27,352 bases of DNA from Patescibacteria group bacterium (GTDB lineage Bacteria; Patescibacteriota; Gracilibacteria; Peribacterales; Peribacteraceae). The stretch covers positions 1-27,352 of the forward strand of contig JBBTVH010000090.1 in NCBI GenBank assembly GCA_038063355.1. Direction: 5' to 3'. Below, one piece after another: positions 8,279-16,743 of this stretch. The translations under genes and the position numbers were made by a program. Every line of letters starts with the position of its first letter. Within the stretch, counting starts at the first letter, position 1. The notes beneath the pieces were generated by a model that was given only the letters and a program-made list of their open reading frames with translations, was not told the DNA's origin and searched no databases.

Positions 8279-9454
8279 ATGAAACTTCTGTGCAAAACTA
8301 CCGATCTCCAACAGGCGCTCCATCTGGTGAGTAGGGCAATTAGTAATCAACAAGCACTTCCGATTTTGGGAAATATTCTACTTCATGCGGAAGGAAAACG
8401 GTGTACTGCGAGTGCGACAGATTTGGAGTTAAGTATCGTGACAAGTTTTCCTGCGGAAATTGAAAATGAAGGAGCGATCACCATTCCTGCAAAAGCATTT
8501 TTAAACTTTGCACAATACAACACCGATCATGAAGTTCTTTTGGAGACGAGTGAGGGAACGCAATTGAAGTGCACGTCGAAAAAAGCGAAGACCCTTATTT
8601 CTGGGGAGGCGGCTTCGGAATACCCCACCATCACTCCCATTGAAAAAGAGACAACATTCCTGATTGCCGCTGGACCACTACTAGAAGCCCTGCATACCGT
8701 CACTTTTGCTGCCGCGAAGACCACATTACGCCCGGTGCTTTCTGGCGTTTATGTGCGTTCAGAGAAGGGAAAGCTCGTGTTTGTCGCAACCGACAGCTAC
8801 CGCCTTTCGGAATACACCATCACAGGAGCGAAGGCGGCGGATATCTCCTGCATTATCCCAACGAAGGTATTTGATGAGTTGCAGTCGGTGCTTGGAGCAC
8901 AGAAGGATGATGGAGGGCAGAAGGGGGAGAAAGGGCAGGAGGGTGAAGATGGGGAGAAGAAAAAAATAAAGTCGGAGTCCAGTGTTGATGTCACCCTGAG
9001 CTCGCAACAGATCGAATTGCAGGCCGGATCCACGCAGCTACTCTCCCGTCTTATCGACGGAAAGTTTCCGGATTACCAGCAGATCATTCCAAAATCGCCG
9101 AAGACCACCGTCAAAATTTCTGTGAAGGAATTACTCCCCGCCGTGCGACGCATGCATTACTTCGCGAAGGAGATCAACAACAACCTCACGTTCCACATCG
9201 GCAAGAGCGACATGCGCATCATCACACCGAGTACCCAGGCCGGACGGGACGAGGCAGTGCTCCCCATCGAAATGACCGGATCGGAAAACAAGATCGCCCT
9301 GAGTTCATCCTATCTTCTGGACTTCCTCAGCCGCGTGCCGGGGAAGGAAATTGAGATGCAAATCACCGACAGCCAGCATCCGGCGCTCTTCCGGGTCGCG
9401 GGGATGGATGCCTTGTTGCATTTAATCATGCCGCTTCGTCTCCAGGAAGAGTAG
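8279..9454 (+). CDS. dnaN: DNA polymerase III beta sliding clamp
   Basis: 391 aa. LPILGNILL, ATDLELSI, GAITIPAK, RPVLSGV, VATDSYRL, SRLIDGKFPDY and C-terminal LIMPLR motifs. Confidence 0.98.
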   Translation: MKLLCKTTDLQQALHLVSRAISNQQALPILGNILLHAEGKRCTASATDLELSIVTSFPAEIENEGAITIPAKAFLNFAQYNTDHEVLLETSEGTQLKCTSKKAKTLISGEAASEYPTITPIEKETTFLIAAGPLLEALHTVTFAAAKTTLRPVLSGVYVRSEKGKLVFVATDSYRLSEYTITGAKAADISCIIPTKVFDELQSVLGAQKDDGGQKGEKGQEGEDGEKKKIKSESSVDVTLSSQQIELQAGSTQLLSRLIDGKFPDYQQIIPKSPKTTVKISVKELLPAVRRMHYFAKEINNNLTFHIGKSDMRIITPSTQAGRDEAVLPIEMTGSENKIALSSSYLLDFLSRVPGKEIEMQITDSQHPALFRVAGMDALLHLIMPLRLQEE

Positions 9455-9477
9455 GGGCATTGCGCGCATGCCCCTAC
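9451..9477. repeat. GTAG-headed REP-like hairpin
   Basis: GTAGGGGCAT-TGCGCGC-ATGCCCCTAC with a 10-bp perfect stem. The TAG is the dnaN stop codon. Confidence 0.85.
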
Positions 9478-9680
9478 GGTAATGCGTTAATAGATGTTCT
9501 TGCGCCTACAGGAGGAATAGGGATACAATAGATACAGATTTTGGCTACGGGGAGGGTACAACGGCGTCGTCCCCCTAGCGGATTTTTTTGAAACATCGCG
9601 CTTGGCGCCTGTTCCGATTTTTTGGAAAGGGGCGCCTCCGTATGGATGTTTCGTTCCATCACCATTTATTTTTTCATTCC

Positions 9681-12600
9681 GTGGATCCCCTCATTTTTCT
9701 TGGGTTAAAGACGCATCGCGACCTCGCCGATGCCCTTGCGGCAAAGCACACTCTGACCCTTAGCGGCGCCTCCAACGAAACAGCAAAGGCGCTCCTTCTT
9801 GGTACCATCCTGCGCCACCGCCCGCGGCCGGCGTTTCTGGTCACCGATGACGAGAACCATGCGGAGGCATTGCAGCACTGGTTGCAATTCTTTGATGTTT
9901 CTTCGCGCCAGCTCTATCACACAGAAAACGAGGACGGCGAAATCGTCCCGGATGCTCTGCGGAACTATCTCCTTTCCATGGAAGGAAAAGACATCCCCTG
10001 CACGATTGTTGCCCGCGAGGTCTGGGAGCGGGATTTCCCTGTTTTCTCGGATTTTGCCGACGGCATTCTGGCTCTCAGGAAGGGCAAGGAGATCGCGTTC
10101 ACGCAAGTCATCGAATCCCTCATCGCGATGGGCTACATGCACGGCGACGATCGCTTCCTCCTTCCGGGGCAGTACCGGAGAGTGGGGGACACATTTGATG
10201 TCTGGCCGATCCAAGAAAAGTATCCGCACCGTATCGCTCTGGAATTCGACCGCGTGGAATCCATCGCAGAAACTAATCCCGAAGATCCGGGAAAAGTTAT
10301 CGCCGCCAAAGACAGTGTAGATATTTGCCCGATTGTCTACGAGCGCATGCTGCCGCTTTCGGAGCAACTTCCGGAGTCCCACCTGCTTGTGATCGATGAT
10401 CAGGATGATATCACCGTGCCCGAAGACGCAGACATTCTGCGCTTCACAGCATTCCCGGAAGGAGCGACGACACACGTTCACCTTCGCTATCTCTCCGTGC
10501 TCAAGTTCTATACGCTTACGGATTTCCTGAACGATGTGCGCGATAAGTTGCAGCAGGACTGGACCTTGTTTGTGGTCACCAAGCGTATCGACGAGCTCAA
10601 GGGCATCTGCACTGAGGAGCATGTTCCTTTCACGCACGGGCTCGAGCGCCGCCCAGGAGCCATCACCCTCGTTCCTGCGGGGAGAGATGACCTTCTCCCG
10701 CACTCACTACAAAACCCCGATCTCCGTATCGCGCTGCTCACCGACCGTGAGATCTTCTCCTTGCGTAAAGCGGGCCGTGAACGATCGGTCCAGAAACTCG
10801 CACTCGATTTCATCACTTCCCTCGTTCCGGGCGACTACGTCGTGCACATGGAGCACGGCATCGGGCATTTCGAGGGAATGACGCAGAAGGAGGTGGATGG
10901 AACCGATCGTGAATATCTTGAGCTGACGTATGCCGAGGGTGATAAGCTCTTCGTCCCCGTCGACCAGGCCGATAAGCTGAGCAAATACGTCTACGAAGAG
11001 GGGAACGAACCGGTCCTCACTCGTCTTGGGACGAATGATTGGAAGAAAGTGCAGAGCAAACTTAAAGAAGAGACGGCAAAGATCGCAGGAGAACTTCTGA
11101 AGATCTATGCACTTCGTGCCAAGGCCCGCGGACACGCTTTTGGCGGCGACGGCGCGATGATGAAAAAGTTCGAGGAGGAATTTCCGTACCAGGAAACTCC
11201 GGGGCAGACGAAGGCGATCGAGGACATCAAGAAAGACATGGAAGATGTGCACCCGATGGACCGTCTCGTCTGTGGAGATGTGGGATTCGGAAAGACCGAA
11301 GTGGCGATGCGCGCGGCGTTTAAGGCCGTGCAAGGAGGCAAGCAGGTCGCTGTCCTCGCGCCAATCACCATCCTTGCGCAGCAGCACTACGAAAGCTTCC
11401 GCAAGCGCATGGAAGGCTTCGGCGTCAGAATCGATATGCTCTCTAGGTTCCGGACGGCTGCGGAACAGAAGGTAACACTGGAAAAGGCCCGCAAAGGCGA
11501 TATCGACATCGTTATCGGCACCCACCGGCTTTTGCAGGATGATGTGAAATTTCTCAATCTCGGTCTTCTGGTGATTGATGAAGAGCAGCGTTTCGGCGTG
11601 AAGCAGAAAGAGAAATTCAAAGAGATGCGTGCATCAATCGACATTCTCACACTCACGGCGACGCCGATCCCGCGCACGCTGAATCTCGGTCTCCACAAGC
11701 TCCGCGACATCACGACGATCACGACGCCGCCTCCGGGGCGATTACCGATCATCACCGAGGTCCGCAAATACAGCGACATTCTTATCCGCGAAGCGATCAC
11801 CGCGGAAACGAAGCGGGGTGGACAGATCTACGTCCTGCATAATCGCGTGGAGACCATCGACGCCTTTTGCGACAAGCTCAGGCTTCTGTGCCCCAAGGCA
11901 AAGTTTGTAGTCGGCCACGGGCAACTGAAGCCGGAGGTGCTCGAAGAACGCATCCTCGCCTTCAAGAATGCGGAATTTGATGTGCTCGTAAGCTCGACCA
12001 TCATCGAAAACGGAATTGACCTGCCACGCGCCAACACGCTCATCGTGAACGAAGCCGAACATTTCGGTCTTGCACAGCTCTATCAGCTCCGCGGCCGCGT
12101 CGGCCGGTCGAAATTACAGGCCTATGCGTATTTCTTGTACCACGGCCAGAAACTGCATGAGGATGCCAAAAAACGCCTGCGCGCGATTGTGGAAGCCTGT
12201 GAACTTGGAAGTGGATTCCAGGTGGCCATGCGTGATTTGGAAATCCGCGGCGCCGGAGAAATTCTCGGAGCGGAACAATCAGGAACGATGCAGACCGTCG
12301 GTGTCTCGCACTATCTCCGGATGCTCAAAAGCGCGGTCGAAGAGCTGCAGTCTGGTGGCACGCCCGAAGCGGAGGACGAAGTGGCAGTCGAAATTCTTCT
12401 CCCGGTCCCGGCATTACTTCCGTCGTTCTATATTCCCGACGAAGGGGAGCGTATTTCCGTGTACCAAAAACTTGCGGGCAGCGAGGACGAAGCGATCCTC
12501 AAAGAATTCGAACAGGATCTTCTGGAAGAGTACGGACATCCACCGAAGCAGGCGGAGAATCTCTTCCGTATTCTCCGCCTCAAGCTCGCGTGCCGCCGCA

Positions 12601-12857
12601 GCGGAGTGCAGCGCGTGAAAATGGAAACAGGGACGAAGAATCAGGAAGAAGTCGTCGTCACGCTCAACAAGCGCGTCACTGCAAAAGAAATCATGCAGCT
12701 CGTGGCAAAGTATCCCCAGTGGCGGATTACGGGTGCACAACTCCGTATTCATTTTGATGCGCTGAAAAAAGAGGAGGGGAGTGAAGATGTGCGGTGGCTG
12801 AAGGGGCTGACGGGGCAGGTGGCGTTACTGCAGAAGGAAGGGAAAAAAGGGAAATAG
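9681..12857 (+). CDS. mfd: Transcription-repair coupling factor
   Basis: RID (DYVVHMEHGIG..EG), GDVGFGKT, DEEQRFGV, TATPIPRT, QLRGRVGR and TRG motif (RDLEIRGAG). Start uncertain: GTG 9681 preferred (1058 aa); the track gives TTG 9588. Confidence 0.97.
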   Translation: MDPLIFLGLKTHRDLADALAAKHTLTLSGASNETAKALLLGTILRHRPRPAFLVTDDENHAEALQHWLQFFDVSSRQLYHTENEDGEIVPDALRNYLLSMEGKDIPCTIVAREVWERDFPVFSDFADGILALRKGKEIAFTQVIESLIAMGYMHGDDRFLLPGQYRRVGDTFDVWPIQEKYPHRIALEFDRVESIAETNPEDPGKVIAAKDSVDICPIVYERMLPLSEQLPESHLLVIDDQDDITVPEDADILRFTAFPEGATTHVHLRYLSVLKFYTLTDFLNDVRDKLQQDWTLFVVTKRIDELKGICTEEHVPFTHGLERRPGAITLVPAGRDDLLPHSLQNPDLRIALLTDREIFSLRKAGRERSVQKLALDFITSLVPGDYVVHMEHGIGHFEGMTQKEVDGTDREYLELTYAEGDKLFVPVDQADKLSKYVYEEGNEPVLTRLGTNDWKKVQSKLKEETAKIAGELLKIYALRAKARGHAFGGDGAMMKKFEEEFPYQETPGQTKAIEDIKKDMEDVHPMDRLVCGDVGFGKTEVAMRAAFKAVQGGKQVAVLAPITILAQQHYESFRKRMEGFGVRIDMLSRFRTAAEQKVTLEKARKGDIDIVIGTHRLLQDDVKFLNLGLLVIDEEQRFGVKQKEKFKEMRASIDILTLTATPIPRTLNLGLHKLRDITTITTPPPGRLPIITEVRKYSDILIREAITAETKRGGQIYVLHNRVETIDAFCDKLRLLCPKAKFVVGHGQLKPEVLEERILAFKNAEFDVLVSSTIIENGIDLPRANTLIVNEAEHFGLAQLYQLRGRVGRSKLQAYAYFLYHGQKLHEDAKKRLRAIVEACELGSGFQVAMRDLEIRGAGEILGAEQSGTMQTVGVSHYLRMLKSAVEELQSGGTPEAEDEVAVEILLPVPALLPSFYIPDEGERISVYQKLAGSEDEAILKEFEQDLLEEYGHPPKQAENLFRILRLKLACRRSGVQRVKMETGTKNQEEVVVTLNKRVTAKEIMQLVAKYPQWRITGAQLRIHFDALKKEEGSEDVRWLKGLTGQVALLQKEGKKGK

Positions 12858-12876
12858 GGCAGGAGGGGAAGAAAGG

Positions 12877-13248
12877 TTATGTGCTGTAGGTCGTGCACTG
12901 CCCCGCAGCGATGTCGGATTGGAGGAGATCGAGATATTGCAAGAGACGCTTACGGAACGAAGGGTTTTTGATACTGATGTTTTTACCGATGATGTCACTC
13001 TTGCCTCTATAGAACAGGAAGAACCCCGTTCCCGTCTCGACATCAACAAGGAAGACGATGCGCCGCGCTCCTTCGACGGTAGTCACATACAGTTTTACAA
13101 GTCGCGATCCTTTCGGGAGAGCCTCTCCTTTAATAGGTACCGCTATTCCCTCGGCATAGGAAGTAAGCAATATTTCCAAGTCCCTGGGTCGGATCTCTCC
13201 GCGCCTAAACTCTTTTCTCCTGATGCTGTGCGCGATCACAACGATCAT
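12877..13248 (-). CDS. Putative RelE-like-fold toxin (hypothetical)
   Basis: 123 aa, basic. Beta-rich core KLYV......RRIVFLV......FFLFYRGK resembles the RelE/HigB strand pattern. ATGA overlap with the upstream small gene. Fold call is by eye. Confidence 0.5.
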   Translation of the reverse strand: MIVVIAHSIRRKEFRRGEIRPRDLEILLTSYAEGIAVPIKGEALPKGSRLVKLYVTTVEGARRIVFLVDVETGTGFFLFYRGKSDIIGKNISIKNPSFRKRLLQYLDLLQSDIAAGQCTTYST

Positions 13249-13487
13249 GCAGGCAGCCTATCACGCCACTGACGGACAACGGAGTCCATTTTAGACTGCG
13301 TCCCCTCGTCAACCAGTATCGTTTCTGCCGTCACATCGTGCCCCGTACGCGTGCCGATACTGAGGCGACCCTCGGCATAGTCGGTGAGAAGCACCCGGAC
13401 AACGACGGCCAGCGGCATGCGCTCGGTCTTTGCGCGCTTGGCGGCCCGGTCCCGCGTGACTTTGTCGATGGCAATAGAAGTGTGCAT
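13245..13487 (-). CDS. Putative ribbon-helix-helix antitoxin (hypothetical)
   Basis: 80 aa. N-terminal strand TSIAID, then helix (RDRAAKRAK) and helix (LAVVVRVLLTDYAEG). First gene of a coupled pair with its own promoter and operator. Confidence 0.6.
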   Translation of the reverse strand: MHTSIAIDKVTRDRAAKRAKTERMPLAVVVRVLLTDYAEGRLSIGTRTGHDVTAETILVDEGTQSKMDSVVRQWRDRLPA

Positions 13488-13539
13488 AGGTATAGTGGAA
13501 AACTATAGGTATTATATAGAAATATACTATTCCATGCAA
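13488..13539 (-). promoter_or_regulatory. Sigma70 promoter and operator repeats of the putative TA pair
   Basis: Minus strand TTGCAT (13539-34), 17-nt spacer, TATAAT (13516-11). Downstream is the inverted repeat TATAGT-TTTCC-ACTATA and two TACCTAT direct repeats before the ATG. Confidence 0.8.
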
Positions 13540-13697
13540 ACTGTTTTACAAGAAGAAGTCCCTCTAGGAAAGCACCGTAAGAATGAAGAATACGAAACAT
13601 CATTTCCTGGCTTGGCCGTTTCCTCATCTCCAAGCCACGATTTGGCATAGCCCAAAACCCTGTTTTCCTGTACAATAATGAGATTTCATAAACACCT

Positions 13698-14033
13698 ATG
13701 ACGACTACATCTTCACAGGCCACGGTCACCGTCCCGAATGTCGGGCCGGTCGCCTATGACCAGATTATGAGCGGGATTGATCCGGAGTTGTGCAGTGATC
13801 AGATTCCGCATCTCGCGGAGAAATACAAAGATGAAAGCAAAGAGGATCGTGTGAAGCGGGTAGAGCGCTATAACGAGTCTTTTGCGAAATTCGATGCCAT
13901 GGCAGCGGATTATCTGAAAAGCCTTCATGCGCAGAAGAATGTGCAGCGTAAACAGGCGATGGCTTCCGCTGAAACAGAAGCGCGTGCCGAGGAGCTTGCT
14001 CAGATGCAGCAGATTGAATCCCAATTCTCGTAA
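13698..14033 (+). CDS. Hypothetical alpha-helical protein
   Basis: 111 aa, charged and helical with plausible codon usage, preceded by TACAAT at 13671-76. No recognisable family motif. Confidence 0.75.
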   Translation: MTTTSSQATVTVPNVGPVAYDQIMSGIDPELCSDQIPHLAEKYKDESKEDRVKRVERYNESFAKFDAMAADYLKSLHAQKNVQRKQAMASAETEARAEELAQMQQIESQFS

Positions 14034-14037
14034 AGCT

Positions 14038-16242
14038 ATGCACGCCAAACACATATATTTCCGATGGAACCATGAGGCGCGACTCTGCAATTTTGCAGGA
14101 CCGGACACTCCGAAACCAGTGGACGCACCCCCAGCACCCGAAGCAAAAAACGACGCTCAGATCACTATTGCTCCGGCAGCGGCAGAGACGCCAAGAGATA
14201 CACAGGCTGCAGCAGCCGGGGCAGCGCAAGAGCGAGGCGGAATGCAGCCAGCCGATCGGCGGCGGATCGAAGAAGCTGCCGCGAAAAATAAGGCAGCACG
14301 GGAAGCGGCGGCTGTACCAACCTCAAGTCCAGCATCGGCACCCGCGTCCGCACCGTCTGAACCGGTAGCTCCTCCTGCCGCTCCTACTTCCGCAACCACT
14401 CCAGAAGCATCTGCAACTCCAGGCTCAAGTCCCACAACGACTCCGGAGAGCAATGGAACTCCAGGCTTGGTTGAGCGCCCAGCAACCAAAGAAGAGATGG
14501 ATGCGAGCGTGGCGGCAGAGGTGGCTAAAATGAGTCCCATCAAACAGCAGGCGTTTGAGAAATTCATGAAACTCCCAACAAGCCCCAGCGCAGCACTTAC
14601 AATTGCTTTCTTTGTAGGCAAAATGCCTGAGGGGGCTTTACAGGCTTCAGCCAATGGCACACAACTTTCCCCTCAGGACTTAACCCAAGTCGCAGATGTT
14701 GTGACCTCTCTTACAGGACCAGAGTTTAACTTTTTAAAGACTCTCCCGCTTTTGCCTCTGGATTATGGAACTCCCGAGAATCCAATAGACCTACAGAAAG
14801 CGCAAACCCCCGAAGGTTATGCCAGTCTGTTACGGGAAGCAGCACAAACAGCCGTACCGGAATCCGGTGACCCGAATGCCGATCGCGTGAATAACGCAAT
14901 TACAGATCTGAAGGGCTCTCTGAATGGCAAGGACATGGGCAAATTCCTCTCGGCCCTTGCGGAACTCTTCGCCTCCATCAAAGCAATCTTCAAGCCGGAG
15001 GCAGCGAAGGATCAGGAAAGTAACAGTCCTCAGGGACCGGGGAAGCCGCCGGAGACGGGAGGAAATGCCCCTCCAAACTCCCCGGACGGATCGCCGGATG
15101 CACCGGGATCTCCGCCTGAAGCCGGCGGCGAGAAGCAGTCCGAGAAGCGCGATCGCATTCGCAATGAGGTGCAGGAATCCGGTTCCATCAATCAGTTTAA
15201 AAAGGATAAGGAGGCGAGTCGCGATGCAAAAATGGGCGAGTACGACAGCAAGATTGATGCAGAGCAGGCAGAGAACCAGGCTCTCGACGATACAAATGAC
15301 GGACTCAAGAAGCAGGTTACGGATGCAGAACAGAAACTTTCCAATCCTAAAACTAAGCCCGAAGAGAAGGCGGATTTGGAAAAGCAAATTCGTGATCTCA
15401 ATGTGACGATTAAAGCCAACGATGAGCACACGGAAAACAATCGCAAAGACATCAAGGAAATGACAGATAAGCGGAACAAGCTTTATACCGATACGGAGAA
15501 TGACATCAAGGAAGTGGATTCGATGATCAAGGAAGCGAAGGACAAAGTACAGATCCTTACAAAAGCACTAGAAGACCTTTCCAAGAATCCTGCAGCAAAG
15601 GAATTGGGTGCGGACACACTCCTCTCCGGAGTTACGATTACCGTGGACGAAAACAAAATGGATGTGGTCATTACTCTCAATGAAGACGCCAAGAAAACTC
15701 TGGATGCGCTGAGCGCAAAGGGATTTGACGTGAAGCCGATTATGGATCTTGTAAATGGGAAGCCAATGGATGCGCCGGGTGCATCACCAGCAGCTCCCGC
15801 AGCCAAGCCAGCAGCTGCAGGAGAAAAAACAGTGGAACAAACAGAGCAGCAGCAGGATCAAATACGCGCGACCAAGGGGTTGATGCGCGTCGCTGGGAAA
15901 TTTGGGATCAACCAAACCGCAGTCAACAGTCTTGGCGAAAAAGGCGATACCAAAGCGATTGCCAGCATGATCATCGACGCTCTCAAGACACAGGAGCATC
16001 CCGTTTACATCGACACAGACGGATCTTTGTATGCCAATGAATCCGCGCTTGGAATGGACTGGGTGAATCCCGACACACAGATCGTTAACAGTAACTTTTC
16101 CAATTTCCTCATGACCAATCCCGAGGCCGCAATGAGGGCACTTGGGGAATACGGTAATAAGGCAAAAGCGCTTAATCCAGATACGCGCGGTTTCCTCTAC
16201 GAACTGGCAACAGCGTACGAGCAGGGAGCAAGAACGGCATAA
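14038..16242 (+). CDS. Large hypothetical protein with Pro/Ala-rich linkers and a coiled coil
   Basis: Start ATG 14038, 4 nt after the upstream stop (734 aa). PA/PT-rich 5' region, GP-rich linker, coiled-coil block (SKIDAEQAEN...LEKQIRDLN...), no classical signal peptide. Confidence 0.8.
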   Translation: MHAKHIYFRWNHEARLCNFAGPDTPKPVDAPPAPEAKNDAQITIAPAAAETPRDTQAAAAGAAQERGGMQPADRRRIEEAAAKNKAAREAAAVPTSSPASAPASAPSEPVAPPAAPTSATTPEASATPGSSPTTTPESNGTPGLVERPATKEEMDASVAAEVAKMSPIKQQAFEKFMKLPTSPSAALTIAFFVGKMPEGALQASANGTQLSPQDLTQVADVVTSLTGPEFNFLKTLPLLPLDYGTPENPIDLQKAQTPEGYASLLREAAQTAVPESGDPNADRVNNAITDLKGSLNGKDMGKFLSALAELFASIKAIFKPEAAKDQESNSPQGPGKPPETGGNAPPNSPDGSPDAPGSPPEAGGEKQSEKRDRIRNEVQESGSINQFKKDKEASRDAKMGEYDSKIDAEQAENQALDDTNDGLKKQVTDAEQKLSNPKTKPEEKADLEKQIRDLNVTIKANDEHTENNRKDIKEMTDKRNKLYTDTENDIKEVDSMIKEAKDKVQILTKALEDLSKNPAAKELGADTLLSGVTITVDENKMDVVITLNEDAKKTLDALSAKGFDVKPIMDLVNGKPMDAPGASPAAPAAKPAAAGEKTVEQTEQQQDQIRATKGLMRVAGKFGINQTAVNSLGEKGDTKAIASMIIDALKTQEHPVYIDTDGSLYANESALGMDWVNPDTQIVNSNFSNFLMTNPEAAMRALGEYGNKAKALNPDTRGFLYELATAYEQGARTA

Positions 16243-16284
16243 AGCGGAGGAGAGAGTATAAAAATCACGGTATGATGCAGCCAT

Positions 16285-16370
16285 GCCGAGGTGGCGAAAT
16301 GGCAGACGCACCAGCCTTAGGAGCTGGCGGGAGCAATCCCATGAGAGTTCAAGTCTCTCCCTCGGCACCA
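16285..16370 (+). tRNA. tRNA-Leu (anticodon TAG), CCA encoded
   Basis: Acceptor GCCGAGG/CCTCGGC, anticodon arm CCAGC-CTTAGGA-GCTGG, long variable arm GGGA-GCAA-TCCC, T arm GAGAG-TTCAAGT-CTCTC, 3' ACCA. Confidence 0.97.
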
Positions 16371-16460
16371 CCCGGCTTCGCCTCTGAGGAGGCTTCGCCG
16401 CGGTTTCCTCCATCATTATCTCCGACGGGTGCCACGGCGTAGCTCGCAAGCGGAGCCGGG
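16371..16460. repeat. 90-nt nested hairpin element directly after tRNA-Leu
   Basis: Terminal stem CCCGGCTTCG/CGGAGCCGGG (one G-U). Inner stem GCTTCGCCGCGG (16392-403) with CCACGGCGTAGC (16432-43), 10/12. GGCTTCGCC is directly repeated at 16374 and 16391. Confidence 0.75.
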
Positions 16461-16499
16461 CATTCTTTATCGAACCCAAAATGGATATAATGGCGTGCT

Positions 16500-16736
16500 A
16501 TGCATTATGTTTATGTTCTTGAGTCGGCAGATGCATCGCATTGGTATGTGGGTGTTACAGACAATGTGGAACGACGCCTTGCCGAGCACAATAACGGACA
16601 TAGCCATCATACAAGCAAGTATGGGCTATGGAACTTGAAGTTATACATAGCTTTCCCTGACAGGGTCCGTGCAGAGCAATTTGAAAAATATTTGAAATCA
16701 CATTCAGGACGAGCATTCACAAAAAAGCATTTCTAG
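16500..16736 (+). CDS. Small GIY-YIG nuclease family protein
   Basis: 78 aa. YVYVL......WYVG.T.N..RRL.EHN.G...T......L.....F.....A..FE..LK: GIY-YIG motif with the catalytic Arg and Glu. Confidence 0.92.
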   Translation: MHYVYVLESADASHWYVGVTDNVERRLAEHNNGHSHHTSKYGLWNLKLYIAFPDRVRAEQFEKYLKSHSGRAFTKKHF

Positions 16737-16743
16737 TCAGACG

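Noticed and set aside
8279-8660. Visibly lower GC in the 5' part of dnaN as a sign of recombination
   Set aside because: Not quantified; AT-rich 5' ends next to an AT-rich regulatory region are common and the protein shows no break.
9705-10703. 332-aa antisense ORF, and similar long shadows at 10707..11525, 17798..18460, 18749..19471, 21002..21757, 21872..22837, 25031..25732 and 25711..26430
   Set aside because: They are antisense to well-supported genes, which is expected with GC-rich codon bias, and show no motifs.
13608-13637. Inverted repeat TGGCTTGG-N14-CCAAGCCA between divergent promoters
   Set aside because: Only 8 bp, no T-tract and no second copy; cannot be told from chance.
12877-16736. 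Integrated prophage or ICE at tRNA-Leu
   Set aside because: No integrase, no phage or conjugation genes, and I found no duplicate of the tRNA 3' end marking an att site. At most a small variable region.
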